Origin: a virus
IMG/VR virus record: IMGVR_UViG_3300037789_000038
Coordinates: 1 to 38,018 of that record
Strand: one strand, 5' to 3'
Length of the DNA stretch: 38,018 nt
Shown: positions 23,036 through 31,769 of the stretch, one piece after another
Numbering within the stretch: the first letter of the stretch is position 1
Layout of the letters: each line of letters starts with the position of its first letter
Notes under the pieces: generated by a model
The model's input: the letters and a program-made list of their open reading frames with translations, nothing else
Databases searched by the model: none
What the model was told of the DNA's origin: nothing
Made by a program: the position numbers and the translations under genes

Positions 23036-24046
23036 ATGGCGGTAAAGATCATCGAGGGCGATTGTCGGGAGCGGCTTCAAGAGATTGAGGCCGGTTCCGT
23101 GCATTGCTGCGTGTCGTCGCCGCCGTACTTCGGTTTGCGGGATTACGGCATAGACGGCCAGATCGGGCTTGAGCCGACGCCTGACGAGTTTATCGCGGGC
23201 CTTGTCGACGTGTTCAGCGAGGTTCGTCGGGTTCTGCGCGATGACGGCACCTTGTGGCTCAATCTCGGTGACAGCTACTGGACCGCCAAGGGCAAGAGCT
23301 GCGGCGTTGATCCGAAGCAGAGAGCGCGGCGCGGCTGGGAGCCCCCGCAAGATCGGCCGGCGCCAATGGGAATTAAGGGCAAAGACCTGATCGGCATACC
23401 TTGGATGGCGGCTTTCGCCCTTCGCGCGGACGGCTGGTTTTTGCGCTCGCATATCGTATGGCACAAGCCGAACCCTATGCCGGAGAGTGTCGCGGACCGT
23501 CCGACAAGCGCCCATGAAAGCCTGTTCCTGCTGGCGAAGTCGTCACGGTACTACTATGACGGTGACGCGATCCGCGAGGCCGAGGCGGTGCCGGATTGGG
23601 ATGACGGTTCGCGAGTGTTCGGCGGTGCCAATAAGCACGGTGCGAACGTGAAGCATGGCGACCGGACAACGGGCCGGGTTGCTGAGAAACGCAAGCGGGG
23701 CGTGCCGCCTCGACACTCTCAATATGAAAGCAGCGATCAATCGGGCCTTGATACGGTCCCGCGTGGCGCCGGTCGCAATAAGCGAAACGTATGGACAGTC
23801 GCGACACGGCCTTTTGCCGAGGCCCATTTCGCGACGTTTCCGCCTGGCCTGATCGAGCCGTGTATTCTTGCCGGCTGCCCGAAAGGCGGCACGGTGCTAG
23901 ACCCGTTCGGCGGTGCCGGCACAACCGGCTTAGTTGCTGATCGCCTTGGCCGCGATGCGTTGTTGATCGAATTGAACCCTGAATATGCCGCAATGGCCCG
24001 CCGGCGGATTGCCAGCGATGCGCCGTTGCTGGCCGATGTTTCATAA
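23036..24046 (+). CDS. orphan DNA methyltransferase (N6_N4_Mtase family, beta class; SPPY suggests N4-cytosine)
   Basis: Motif IV CCVSSPPYFGLRDYG at the N-terminus and motif I VLDPFGGAGTTGLVA near the C-terminus. No nuclease partner nearby. Confidence 0.9.
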   Translation: MAVKIIEGDCRERLQEIEAGSVHCCVSSPPYFGLRDYGIDGQIGLEPTPDEFIAGLVDVFSEVRRVLRDDGTLWLNLGDSYWTAKGKSCGVDPKQRARRGWEPPQDRPAPMGIKGKDLIGIPWMAAFALRADGWFLRSHIVWHKPNPMPESVADRPTSAHESLFLLAKSSRYYYDGDAIREAEAVPDWDDGSRVFGGANKHGANVKHGDRTTGRVAEKRKRGVPPRHSQYESSDQSGLDTVPRGAGRNKRNVWTVATRPFAEAHFATFPPGLIEPCILAGCPKGGTVLDPFGGAGTTGLVADRLGRDALLIELNPEYAAMARRRIASDAPLLADVS

Positions 24047-24057
24047 CGGAGCGCGAT

Positions 24058-24213
24058 ATGGACCGAGAGGAAAAGTGGGCCAGTGAACAAGACCGACAAG
24101 GGGCGCTTGCCGATCTGCAATATTACGGGCGGATGGTCACAAAGAACGAAGACGGCGTACTGCATCACGTTCCACTGATCGACGTGATCGAAGTCCCGGA
24201 CGACACAAAATAA
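24058..24213 (+). CDS. hypothetical protein (51 aa)
   Basis: GGAG RBS. Below the track cutoff. Confidence 0.45.
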   Translation: MDREEKWASEQDRQGALADLQYYGRMVTKNEDGVLHHVPLIDVIEVPDDTK

Positions 24214-24228
24214 GGAGCGAGAAAGCTA

Positions 24229-24468
24229 ATGACGTTAGTTGAGAAGATAGAGGCCGAATACGAAAAGGCCAAATGTGGTCATCCATATCGCTTGTCTGAT
24301 AGGCCAATGCAAGCCGCCATCGACGCCGTGTTCGATCATCTGAGTGAGCCGAGTGAGGGGATGGTTACCGCTGGAGCAGAAGAACTAGTCGGCCCAACAG
24401 CAACAGACGCGGCGCATTGCTGGCAAGCCATGCTCCACCAGGCACGGAAGGAAGCGAACGATGACTGA
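24229..24468 (+). CDS. hypothetical protein (79 aa)
   Basis: Preceded by the TAAGGAGCG junction. Confidence 0.55.
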   Translation: MTLVEKIEAEYEKAKCGHPYRLSDRPMQAAIDAVFDHLSEPSEGMVTAGAEELVGPTATDAAHCWQAMLHQARKEANDD

Positions 24469-24793
24469 TGAAACAATTACAAATTGGCGCGAATACAGTG
24501 ACGCCGACCTTGACGTCATCTTCCCGGAAATGCGCGACACCATCGAAGCCCAAGCCAAGCGAATTGCGGAGTTGGAGGGTGAATTGCTTGTTTGTGAACA
24601 CAACTTCACCGGAGCGGCGATTGAGTTAGATGAACGCCGAGAACAGTGCGAGGAACTGGCGGCACTGTTAAGGCGCTATCGCAAAGAAACTCCGCTTGGT
24701 CATCAGCCTCACATGATTGCTCATCAGGCTGACGAAGCCCTCGCCAAGCTAGACGGCGCAGACTTAGACCAAGGCCAAAAGGCCGACGACTAA
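24461..24793 (+). CDS. hypothetical coiled-coil protein (110 aa)
   Basis: Overlaps the upstream stop. Its 3' end overlaps the convergent gene 24764..25246 by 30 nt. Confidence 0.5.
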   Translation: MTDETITNWREYSDADLDVIFPEMRDTIEAQAKRIAELEGELLVCEHNFTGAAIELDERREQCEELAALLRRYRKETPLGHQPHMIAHQADEALAKLDGADLDQGQKADD

Positions 24794-25246
24794 GAAGCCC
24801 GCAGGGATGGTGCCTACGTCACTACTGGTCAGCCTTTGCATCCAATCCGGCTTGCGTTCGACAAGAAGCAGTTGCCCGAAACTGATCCCAACCGCACAAA
24901 TTACAGGATACACCAGCGCGTAATCCGCCGCCGTTCTCATCGCGAGCCACGGCAGGATGCCCGCCAGCGGCGGCAGGCCGTAGCGCAAAAGACCGTAGCG
25001 AATTGACTTCCAATCGGTGTATCCGCCACCAATCGTCCAGCCGCAGCACGCGGCGGTCCAGACAATCCACAGAACGCTCCAACTAAGCGTCGTCGTCGCG
25101 TTCGCTGGGCCGTACCAGGATGCGACGAGGCACAGGGCGTACACCGCCCACCGCCCCGGCCCGCCGTGCCCATTCCCCTGCGCGAAGCGGGCGGCGCTGC
25201 CGAGCGCACCAAGAAATATTGCGGCACATATGGCAGTCGTCATCAC
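24764..25246 (-). CDS. polytopic membrane protein (160 aa), lysis-cassette associated
   Basis: Several hydrophobic, Trp-rich segments. ATGA overlap with the holin stop. Confidence 0.55.
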   Translation of the reverse strand: MMTTAICAAIFLGALGSAARFAQGNGHGGPGRWAVYALCLVASWYGPANATTTLSWSVLWIVWTAACCGWTIGGGYTDWKSIRYGLLRYGLPPLAGILPWLAMRTAADYALVYPVICAVGISFGQLLLVERKPDWMQRLTSSDVGTIPAGFLVVGLLALV

Positions 25247-25824
25247 AAACCTCCATTACGTCGGTTCCACTCTAGGATCGCTTTGTTGCTAAGAGGTTTT
25301 GACGTATCCGCCATCGCCGCCTCGAACTCCTCATCTTCCATAACCGGCTCGCGATCGCGCTTGCGCTTTTCCAGCTCGTCGTGGCGCCGCATACGCTCTT
25401 CGAACTCAGCCTTCGACAGCGCCATCTTCTTGTCACGGGACTTCTGGAACTCGCGGGCCACGAAGTAGAACGAGACGATAGACCCGGCGATGATCCACAT
25501 ATTCTCCGGTACTGTGTCGAGGCCCTCGTTGATCTGCTGGAAGGTCAGCGGATTCATGAACGACGACATGAAATAGCATATGACCATTGCCACGATTACG
25601 GGCCGTGGCAGGCGGTTCAGGCCGTCGATCAGGCTGTCGAACCATGTACGGTTCTGCACTTGAAACTCGGCCGCAAACTGGCCGTATGTCGCCATGTTCT
25701 CTTGAGACCGATACGTTTCCCTTGCCGATTTGTCACCGACGAGTACCTTGGCGACACCGGACACGGCATTGCCGATGCCTTGCACGGCCCCGGACACGAT
25801 GTTTAAGGGGTTCAGGAAGTTCAT
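25243..25824 (-). CDS. holin, GTA-type 3TM family
   Basis: WFDSLIDGLNRLPRPVIVAMVICYF and the overall layout match the 3TM holin family that pairs with GH108 endolysins. Confidence 0.7.
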   Translation of the reverse strand: MNFLNPLNIVSGAVQGIGNAVSGVAKVLVGDKSARETYRSQENMATYGQFAAEFQVQNRTWFDSLIDGLNRLPRPVIVAMVICYFMSSFMNPLTFQQINEGLDTVPENMWIIAGSIVSFYFVAREFQKSRDKKMALSKAEFEERMRRHDELEKRKRDREPVMEDEEFEAAMADTSKPLSNKAILEWNRRNGGL

Positions 25825-26366
25825 GCGTTGTACCCCTCGATGGCCGGCTCAAACTCAGCAACCCGGTTCATCCAGCCGTTGAGGAACACTTGCTGCGACG
25901 GATTGGCCGCGACGATCTTGCGGTACACATTGCGCCGTTCTTCTACCAACGCTGCCAGAAATAGCCCGCCCATATCGCGTTGTGCCTTCTCGGCCATGAT
26001 GCGCGTCTGCGGCCCTATCACGCCGTCCACGTCGCCGGGTCCAAACCCCGCTTCGTTGCACACCCGCTGCACCATTTTGACAGCGGAGCGCGGCCCGTGG
26101 TTGATCGAAGCGTCAAACACAAACGGCACGATCTGTTCCGGCAAACTATTGATGCGCGGCCCTGTCAGGTAGTTGCGCTCATAGATCTCGCGGGCTTCCA
26201 TTTCCGTCAGCGCCTTCACGTCCGCGATAGTCGCCTCACGGCCAAGCCAACCGGACAGCGTGGCTTGCGTGACGCCCATATTCGTCGGCCCGCCACGGTC
26301 GGCAGGATGATTCACGTAGCCGCCCTCGCGACGGATTATCTCGGAGATCATTTCGTCAACAGTCAC
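25821..26366 (-). CDS. endolysin, GH108 lysozyme with peptidoglycan-binding domain
   Basis: REGGYVNHPADRGGPTNMGVT is the GH108 signature. GTG start with GGAG upstream. Confidence 0.85.
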   Translation of the reverse strand: MTVDEMISEIIRREGGYVNHPADRGGPTNMGVTQATLSGWLGREATIADVKALTEMEAREIYERNYLTGPRINSLPEQIVPFVFDASINHGPRSAVKMVQRVCNEAGFGPGDVDGVIGPQTRIMAEKAQRDMGGLFLAALVEERRNVYRKIVAANPSQQVFLNGWMNRVAEFEPAIEGYNA

Positions 26367-26407
26367 TTACAACTCCGACACCGATCAGGCTGGCGATCTT
26401 CCAGAAG

Positions 26408-26845
26408 TCACTCATTGACTTGCACCAGAATATCAACCGGCGGGTTTTTAATTGTTAGGTCGGGCAAAATGATCCGGTCATAGGTTATGTGGCCGCTGTA
26501 GTAACACCGCCCCTTCGATCCCTCTGGTATCTTAATGCGAAGCGATGCTGTCTGGTTAAACCCGGAAGGCCACGTTGCGCCTCCCCCATCAATCTCTGTT
26601 TCTGGGACGCGGACAATACCGTCGTCACAAACAAATTGTCGGTCAACATGAACGATACGCGCAGGCAGTAAGCGGTCGTATTTCCATGTCAGCGTAAAGA
26701 CGCCACCCGGCTCATGCGGGTTGTCGCTCGTCACTTTCATATTGTAAATCGGAGGGAAAAGATCGACGCCAAGCACCCCGCCAAGAATAGCAACAACAGG
26801 CAGGAATACCCAATCACGCTTGCGCCAGACAATGGAAGGCATCAC
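26408..26845 (-). CDS. N-terminally anchored membrane/periplasmic protein (145 aa)
   Basis: TM segment WVFLPVVAILGGVLGVDLF followed by a beta-rich domain. Confidence 0.5.
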   Translation of the reverse strand: MMPSIVWRKRDWVFLPVVAILGGVLGVDLFPPIYNMKVTSDNPHEPGGVFTLTWKYDRLLPARIVHVDRQFVCDDGIVRVPETEIDGGGATWPSGFNQTASLRIKIPEGSKGRCYYSGHITYDRIILPDLTIKNPPVDILVQVNE

Positions 26846-27114
26846 TTTACCACCGCCTTAACTTTATCCCAAAAGCCAGCAACAATCAGGGACACGGTTC
26901 CAGCCGCAATCAGCAAGACTCCGTACTTCGTCAACTCACCCGCTGCGGTCTCGCAACGCTTGGCGTTTCGATCACTAAATTCCAAAGAGCGACGGAAGCG
27001 GTTTTGCCCTTCGACTGTATCCAGATCGAAGCCAGCGTTTTGAACTTGCCGCAACATACGCTCCATACGTTTCTGGTCGGCACGGCGCTCCGGGCCGTTG
27101 TATCCGTCACTCAT
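26842..27114 (-). CDS. C-terminally anchored membrane protein (90 aa)
   Basis: The ATG at 27114 has GGGGAGGG just upstream (the track start is 27135). C-terminal TM YGVLLIAAGTVSLIVAGFW. Confidence 0.5.
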   Translation of the reverse strand: MSDGYNGPERRADQKRMERMLRQVQNAGFDLDTVEGQNRFRRSLEFSDRNAKRCETAAGELTKYGVLLIAAGTVSLIVAGFWDKVKAVVK

Positions 27115-27160
27115 CGCGCCCTCCCCTGAGTCCATGCGTCAGAGTTTTTCTCATTAATCA

Positions 27161-27844
27161 TCACGCTGGTCCTATCGAAAACGCAATGCTGACAAAAGAA
27201 GCGCCCGTCCCAGGAGTCGCGGTTACGGTCAGGCCGGTTTGCTCTGTTTCAAACTCATCATGTGCGCCGGAGGATTGCTGGTTTTCCCCGTCATACTCGT
27301 CAAAATCTTCTGTGATGCTGCCCCATGTGAATGACGTAGCACTTCCGTTTGTGACCGCCGCGTAGCCAATGATCCCGCCCTCTGCCGGACAATATATGGA
27401 CTGAGAAAGCGGAGACGAGTCATCAATAACAACATCGCTGACATCTCCAGCGTACTCTGCCGCCCACACACCCCCCGAACAACGTTGCGCCGTGGTGTCG
27501 AGGTTGATAACTATTGTGCCGCTCGTCCCTGTAGGAACTGAAGCAACCCAAACTTCTGCAGAACTATCCCCATTCGTAACTTGTGCGTCAGTTACACCAT
27601 CACTCACGAGACTGGCGCTAACACCTCCGATGGTAACGGAAGTTGCAGCGGCAGCCCCAGACGCTGTACGGCACCCAAACGCAACATAAATCTTCCGACC
27701 CGGCACCACTGACCCAAACGAAACACTGTTAAATGTGTATGTTGACAGATCAGACGTGCTTTGTAGGTCTGCTGTATGCGTAATGTTGACGGGGCCGCCG
27801 CCATCACCTGGCATGAAAACTTTAAAGGGAGGAAGGTTCAGCAT
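27161..27844 (-). CDS. putative distal tail fibre / receptor-binding protein (227 aa)
   Basis: Gly/Ser/Thr-rich. Start overlaps the tail-fibre stop (TAATG). Confidence 0.45.
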   Translation of the reverse strand: MLNLPPFKVFMPGDGGGPVNITHTADLQSTSDLSTYTFNSVSFGSVVPGRKIYVAFGCRTASGAAAATSVTIGGVSASLVSDGVTDAQVTNGDSSAEVWVASVPTGTSGTIVINLDTTAQRCSGGVWAAEYAGDVSDVVIDDSSPLSQSIYCPAEGGIIGYAAVTNGSATSFTWGSITEDFDEYDGENQQSSGAHDEFETEQTGLTVTATPGTGASFVSIAFSIGPA

Positions 27845-29256
27845 TACGCTACCGTCGAGTTAGGGGCCAGCCAAGTGTTCGTGTCGATCTTTAAAAGCGA
27901 TGCCCCTGCGTACTGCGCCAAGGTGAAGCTGCCCGCAGACACGCCGTTGATTGTGACGCCAGTATCCCCTGAAACAGTAACCTCTCCCGCGCCGAGGTTC
28001 ACAAGGTCAATGCGGGTTTCGTCAGCCGTGAAGGCGACCGAAGCGTTCGTTGGGACCGTGACAGCCACGGCGCCCGCGTTGTTGAGCGAGACAGTCTTGA
28101 GATTATCTGTCAGGGCTAGCGTGTAGGTCGTGCCGGTCTGAGCGTTGCGGCCAGCGATAGCTTTGGTCGGATCAACTGCATCGTCTGCAAGCTGTGGCGT
28201 ATCAACGCCGCCATCCCCGACACTGATCGTCCGACCGCTTTGCGTAATGGTCGTGCCGTCAACAACAAAGCGACTAATCAATCGCGCCGACCAATCATCA
28301 GGTGTGCCGTCAACAGCGATAAAGTGAACGACATCGCCGACCGCTGACAAGCTGGTGTAATCCCCGGCAACGCCGTTGATTGTGTCCGTGCCATCCCGCG
28401 CAATCGTGATGCTGTTCGATGCGTCAAGAACCTCAAAGCCAAGCGTCAGGCCGTCCTCAGTGCCAACTGCCGGAAGGTTCATCGTGATAGAGCCGCCGCT
28501 TGCGTCGAGGATGTAATACTTTCGAGCGTCCGTGGTTTCGATGTTCGTGGTGCCAGCGGTGACAGATACAGTGTCAGCCCATCCTTGAGCCGCCGCTGCT
28601 GCTGCTGCCTCGGATGCTGCTGCGTTGGTTTCGGAAGTGGCTGCTGCGGTTTCGCTGGCCGCTGCTGCCGTTGCAGACGCCGCCGCCGCCGTGGCGGAAG
28701 TTGCGGCCCCTTCAATGTCTGACAAATCTTCGGTAGATACAGTAACGTCCCCATTACTGTCGAAGGCCAAAACTTTGCTTGCACGGCTTGTCGCTGTCGG
28801 CAGGGTAAGGGTTGCGGCCGCATCGCCGTCAGCCAAGCGGATCGAGCGATTAATTTTCAGCAATAATTGCTGAGCCCATGCGGCGATCTTATCGAGCGCC
28901 GTGTTCAGCGCTTGGATATTCAGCGTTGAGGAAGGATACGGGAAATCCTCTGTGCGAAGCGTAGGCACATCGCGCTGCAAAGATATAGTAACGCTGGCGA
29001 CTGAGGCGCCGAGCGTGACCGTGCCCCCGAGGTATCCATCATCCGTGCCGGCTGTGCCAGAAACCGAAAACTCATCGTTCGTTGACGGGCTTGCCTGATA
29101 CGTTAATTCAACGCCGTCCTTAAAGACGCGAATATCAGTGCTTTCCGAAAAGAACGCCCAGGTTGCGGGAATTGTAAAGCTAGTCTGCCCGCCGCCGCCT
29201 ACTGAATACTCAATAAACGGTTCAATCTCTGGAACTGTAATGTGTGCCATAGCCAA
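27844..29256 (-). CDS. tail fibre protein
   Basis: 470 aa with an Ala-rich segment ATSATAAAASATAAAASETAAATSETNAAASEAAAAAAAQG and a beta-rich C-terminus. Preceded by late motif copy 4. Confidence 0.7.
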   Translation of the reverse strand: MAMAHITVPEIEPFIEYSVGGGGQTSFTIPATWAFFSESTDIRVFKDGVELTYQASPSTNDEFSVSGTAGTDDGYLGGTVTLGASVASVTISLQRDVPTLRTEDFPYPSSTLNIQALNTALDKIAAWAQQLLLKINRSIRLADGDAAATLTLPTATSRASKVLAFDSNGDVTVSTEDLSDIEGAATSATAAAASATAAAASETAAATSETNAAASEAAAAAAAQGWADTVSVTAGTTNIETTDARKYYILDASGGSITMNLPAVGTEDGLTLGFEVLDASNSITIARDGTDTINGVAGDYTSLSAVGDVVHFIAVDGTPDDWSARLISRFVVDGTTITQSGRTISVGDGGVDTPQLADDAVDPTKAIAGRNAQTGTTYTLALTDNLKTVSLNNAGAVAVTVPTNASVAFTADETRIDLVNLGAGEVTVSGDTGVTINGVSAGSFTLAQYAGASLLKIDTNTWLAPNSTVA

Positions 29257-29300
29257 CTCTCCGCTTGTGTGTGCGGAGTATGGACAAAGGCATAAAAGGC

Positions 29301-29312
29301 CTCACTGGACAG
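29301..29312 (-). promoter_or_regulatory. late-operon 12-mer CTGTCCAGTGAG, copy 4
   Basis: Exact 12-mer 45 nt upstream of the tail-fibre ATG, followed by GCCTTTTATGCC. Confidence 0.6.
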
Positions 29313-29342
29313 GGCTGTTCTTATAGGCGCGTAGAAGTGCGC

Positions 29343-31769
29343 TTATTGACCGAAAAGCGCACCAATATCAGGCGCCCTAACCTCATCGCGGCCGGGCCGC
29401 CACCAAAACTCTTGCCCGTATTCCTTGCGCTGCCGTTGCTCCATGCGAGCGAAGGAAGCCGCATAGTTAGGGTCCGTCATCATTTGAATTTGGTCCCAAA
29501 GCATACGGTCCATAACAAGGCGAGAGTACCAAAGGCTTGATCCAGGCGTGTTGTTTTTTACGAAACGGGCCAATTCTTTACCAAAATAGGGATCTTCGCC
29601 GTCAAGCGTTTGGCTAATGTTGGTGCCCGTCAACCGCATGAAATCATCGACAAGCCCACCTGTGGGGCCGCCAACCATCGTCATGTAAAAGCTGCGGTCG
29701 GAGCGATTGAGCCCGGAATAAAGAAAGTCGCCAAGAATGCCAGCGCCACCGCCCTGAACAAATGCCGCACCCCAAAACTTTGCATCGGTCATGTCGCGCG
29801 GATCACGCCCCTTTGCCACGTCTTTCATCTGCATAGCAAGCGCGCCCATAGCCGTCATCCCAATAACCGTGCCGGCGAGATAGCGCCCGTGGTCGCCGCC
29901 CTGGATAGCAGAAACGCCACGCATCAAGTGCGTAGTCATAATCGTGACCGGGAATGTCTTGTACTGCGCCATTGAGCGTACAAACTCGCCAACAAATGTC
30001 CCGGGCTTAGATTGCCCTAAAAGAAGGCTACGCTCTGCGGCGCCCGGTGTCGGAATAGCATAGTCCATTTCCGTGTTGACCATTTCCATAAGACGCGAGG
30101 CCGCGCCCATGTCGGCAACTTCCCCGCTACGCGCTATTTCTTCCGGCCAAATGAATTTCACGCCCTCATGGTCGAGCACATGGTTTTGAATGCGGGCCCA
30201 ATCGTCAGCCGTCACGCCATAGGTTTCAAACGCCCGTTGCAAAGGCGCGTCCAATTCATCGACGCCCTTGCCAATCTGATCTGCCAGATAGCCGAGAAAT
30301 TCCATCCCAAACGCCCATCGACCGGCCTGGGTGTGAGGCGCCAACAACGACGCCCGCATGACAAACTCGGATATACGGCCGGGCAACTCACGCCCCACTA
30401 TCTCCGCTTGGTGTCTATGCGCGCCGGCCGCCCGCATTGTCCATCCTTCCGCCACCATGCCCAGGCGCACCGCCAACTTGCGATCCGCGTCATTGCCGGG
30501 CGCCATGAGGCTTGTGTACCGGCCAATCACCTTGCTTGTCGGCAAGCCGTTCCAGGCCGACGCCGCCCGGACGGTTGCAAAGTCAGATACCGACGAAAGC
30601 ATTGCCGCCCCCAATTGAGCAGACGTAAGCCAGGAGCGAATGCCCCGGCCGGTCGACGCGACAAACTCAGACACGGGCGATTGTGCCCGCCCCTCAACGT
30701 GCTCCCATATCGCTTGCAGGCGGTAGGCTTTCATGCCGTCCACGCCATTCTTCTTTGCCGTATCGACCAACACCCGCGCCGTGTGTTCAGGGTTCGGACC
30801 GAGAATTTCTAGCTTGGCGATATCCCGTGCTAACCCGTCTAAATGCCCCGTCAGCACATCGTAAATTTGGCTGTCACCAACGCCCCACTGCCTATTGAAG
30901 TCCAGCCACGCATCGGCATTGGCCCACCGAAAGGCACGCCGTTCCGACCGGGCATTGGCGACACTCGCCTTGCTCAACTCACCCGGCACCAGCTTATTCA
31001 TGCCATTGGTTGAGATTGTTTCGTATGACGCCGAGATAATCTTGGCCGCCGTCTCAGCGTCCACCATTTCCCCGGTGTCAAAGTCTTTGATAATCAGGCG
31101 CCCCTCATTGAAGGCCTTGTTCATGTAATCTTCAAAAGCGGCCCGCCCGGCCTTTTTAACTTTGCGCGTATCCCATTCCTGCGGCAGCCGCCAATCCTCA
31201 AGATCGGTGATATTGCCGCCGGCAGTGTTAAAGCGCTTGGTCCCGTATTGCGTTGTCTTATTCCAGGCTTCGGCCGCACTGCGCGCTGTCGCATCGCCGG
31301 TGTTTTCGCCATAGAGTTCACGGACAAAGCGCTGCAGGCCAATAGCATCCTGCGACAAGCCGGCCATCTTGGTTCGGAATTGTTCAAGCCCATCAGCGAA
31401 TAAGGCGTGCATCGAGCCCAAGACCGCACGATACCGGCCCTCAACATTAGAGTACCCGGCCATTCCCCAAATATCGCGAGCAAACACTGCTGACACCCCT
31501 GCCGCCCATCCCTTTTTATGGCTTCCGGCTTGTTCGACAACGCGCTCTTGCGCCAGTATTTGCAGCGCCGTTTGTTGTTTCTTCTTAATCGCCCCGCGCT
31601 GCATGTAGTCCGAGGCTTGCTCGGCCGCCTTCGCCAGCGCTTGTTCCGGGCTCATGGTGTCCCGGTTTTGCGCTTCAAACTTCTTAATCAGCCGAAGCGC
31701 CTCATCAGCCTGGGCTTTGGAAATAACGCCAGCCGCTACCCGGTCCAAAAGACATTTTTCAATGCTCAT
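29343..31769 (-). CDS. internal virion / ejection protein (808 aa) with C-terminal hydrophobic segments
   Basis: Position after the other internal virion proteins. Segments GTVIGMTAMGALAMQM and FWGAAFVQGGGAGILGDFLY suggest membrane insertion. Confidence 0.6.
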   Translation of the reverse strand: MSIEKCLLDRVAAGVISKAQADEALRLIKKFEAQNRDTMSPEQALAKAAEQASDYMQRGAIKKKQQTALQILAQERVVEQAGSHKKGWAAGVSAVFARDIWGMAGYSNVEGRYRAVLGSMHALFADGLEQFRTKMAGLSQDAIGLQRFVRELYGENTGDATARSAAEAWNKTTQYGTKRFNTAGGNITDLEDWRLPQEWDTRKVKKAGRAAFEDYMNKAFNEGRLIIKDFDTGEMVDAETAAKIISASYETISTNGMNKLVPGELSKASVANARSERRAFRWANADAWLDFNRQWGVGDSQIYDVLTGHLDGLARDIAKLEILGPNPEHTARVLVDTAKKNGVDGMKAYRLQAIWEHVEGRAQSPVSEFVASTGRGIRSWLTSAQLGAAMLSSVSDFATVRAASAWNGLPTSKVIGRYTSLMAPGNDADRKLAVRLGMVAEGWTMRAAGAHRHQAEIVGRELPGRISEFVMRASLLAPHTQAGRWAFGMEFLGYLADQIGKGVDELDAPLQRAFETYGVTADDWARIQNHVLDHEGVKFIWPEEIARSGEVADMGAASRLMEMVNTEMDYAIPTPGAAERSLLLGQSKPGTFVGEFVRSMAQYKTFPVTIMTTHLMRGVSAIQGGDHGRYLAGTVIGMTAMGALAMQMKDVAKGRDPRDMTDAKFWGAAFVQGGGAGILGDFLYSGLNRSDRSFYMTMVGGPTGGLVDDFMRLTGTNISQTLDGEDPYFGKELARFVKNNTPGSSLWYSRLVMDRMLWDQIQMMTDPNYAASFARMEQRQRKEYGQEFWWRPGRDEVRAPDIGALFGQ

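Noticed and set aside
28560-28700. GCN-rich low-complexity DNA in the tail-fibre gene as an independent repeat element
   Set aside because: It encodes an in-frame Ala/Ser/Thr-rich helical segment, which is common in fibre shafts. No separate function is needed to explain it.
27161-29256. Diversity-generating retroelement targeting the fibre genes (prompted by BPP-1-like head genes)
   Set aside because: No reverse-transcriptase-like ORF exists anywhere in the genome, and I saw no template/variable repeat pair near the fibre 3' ends.
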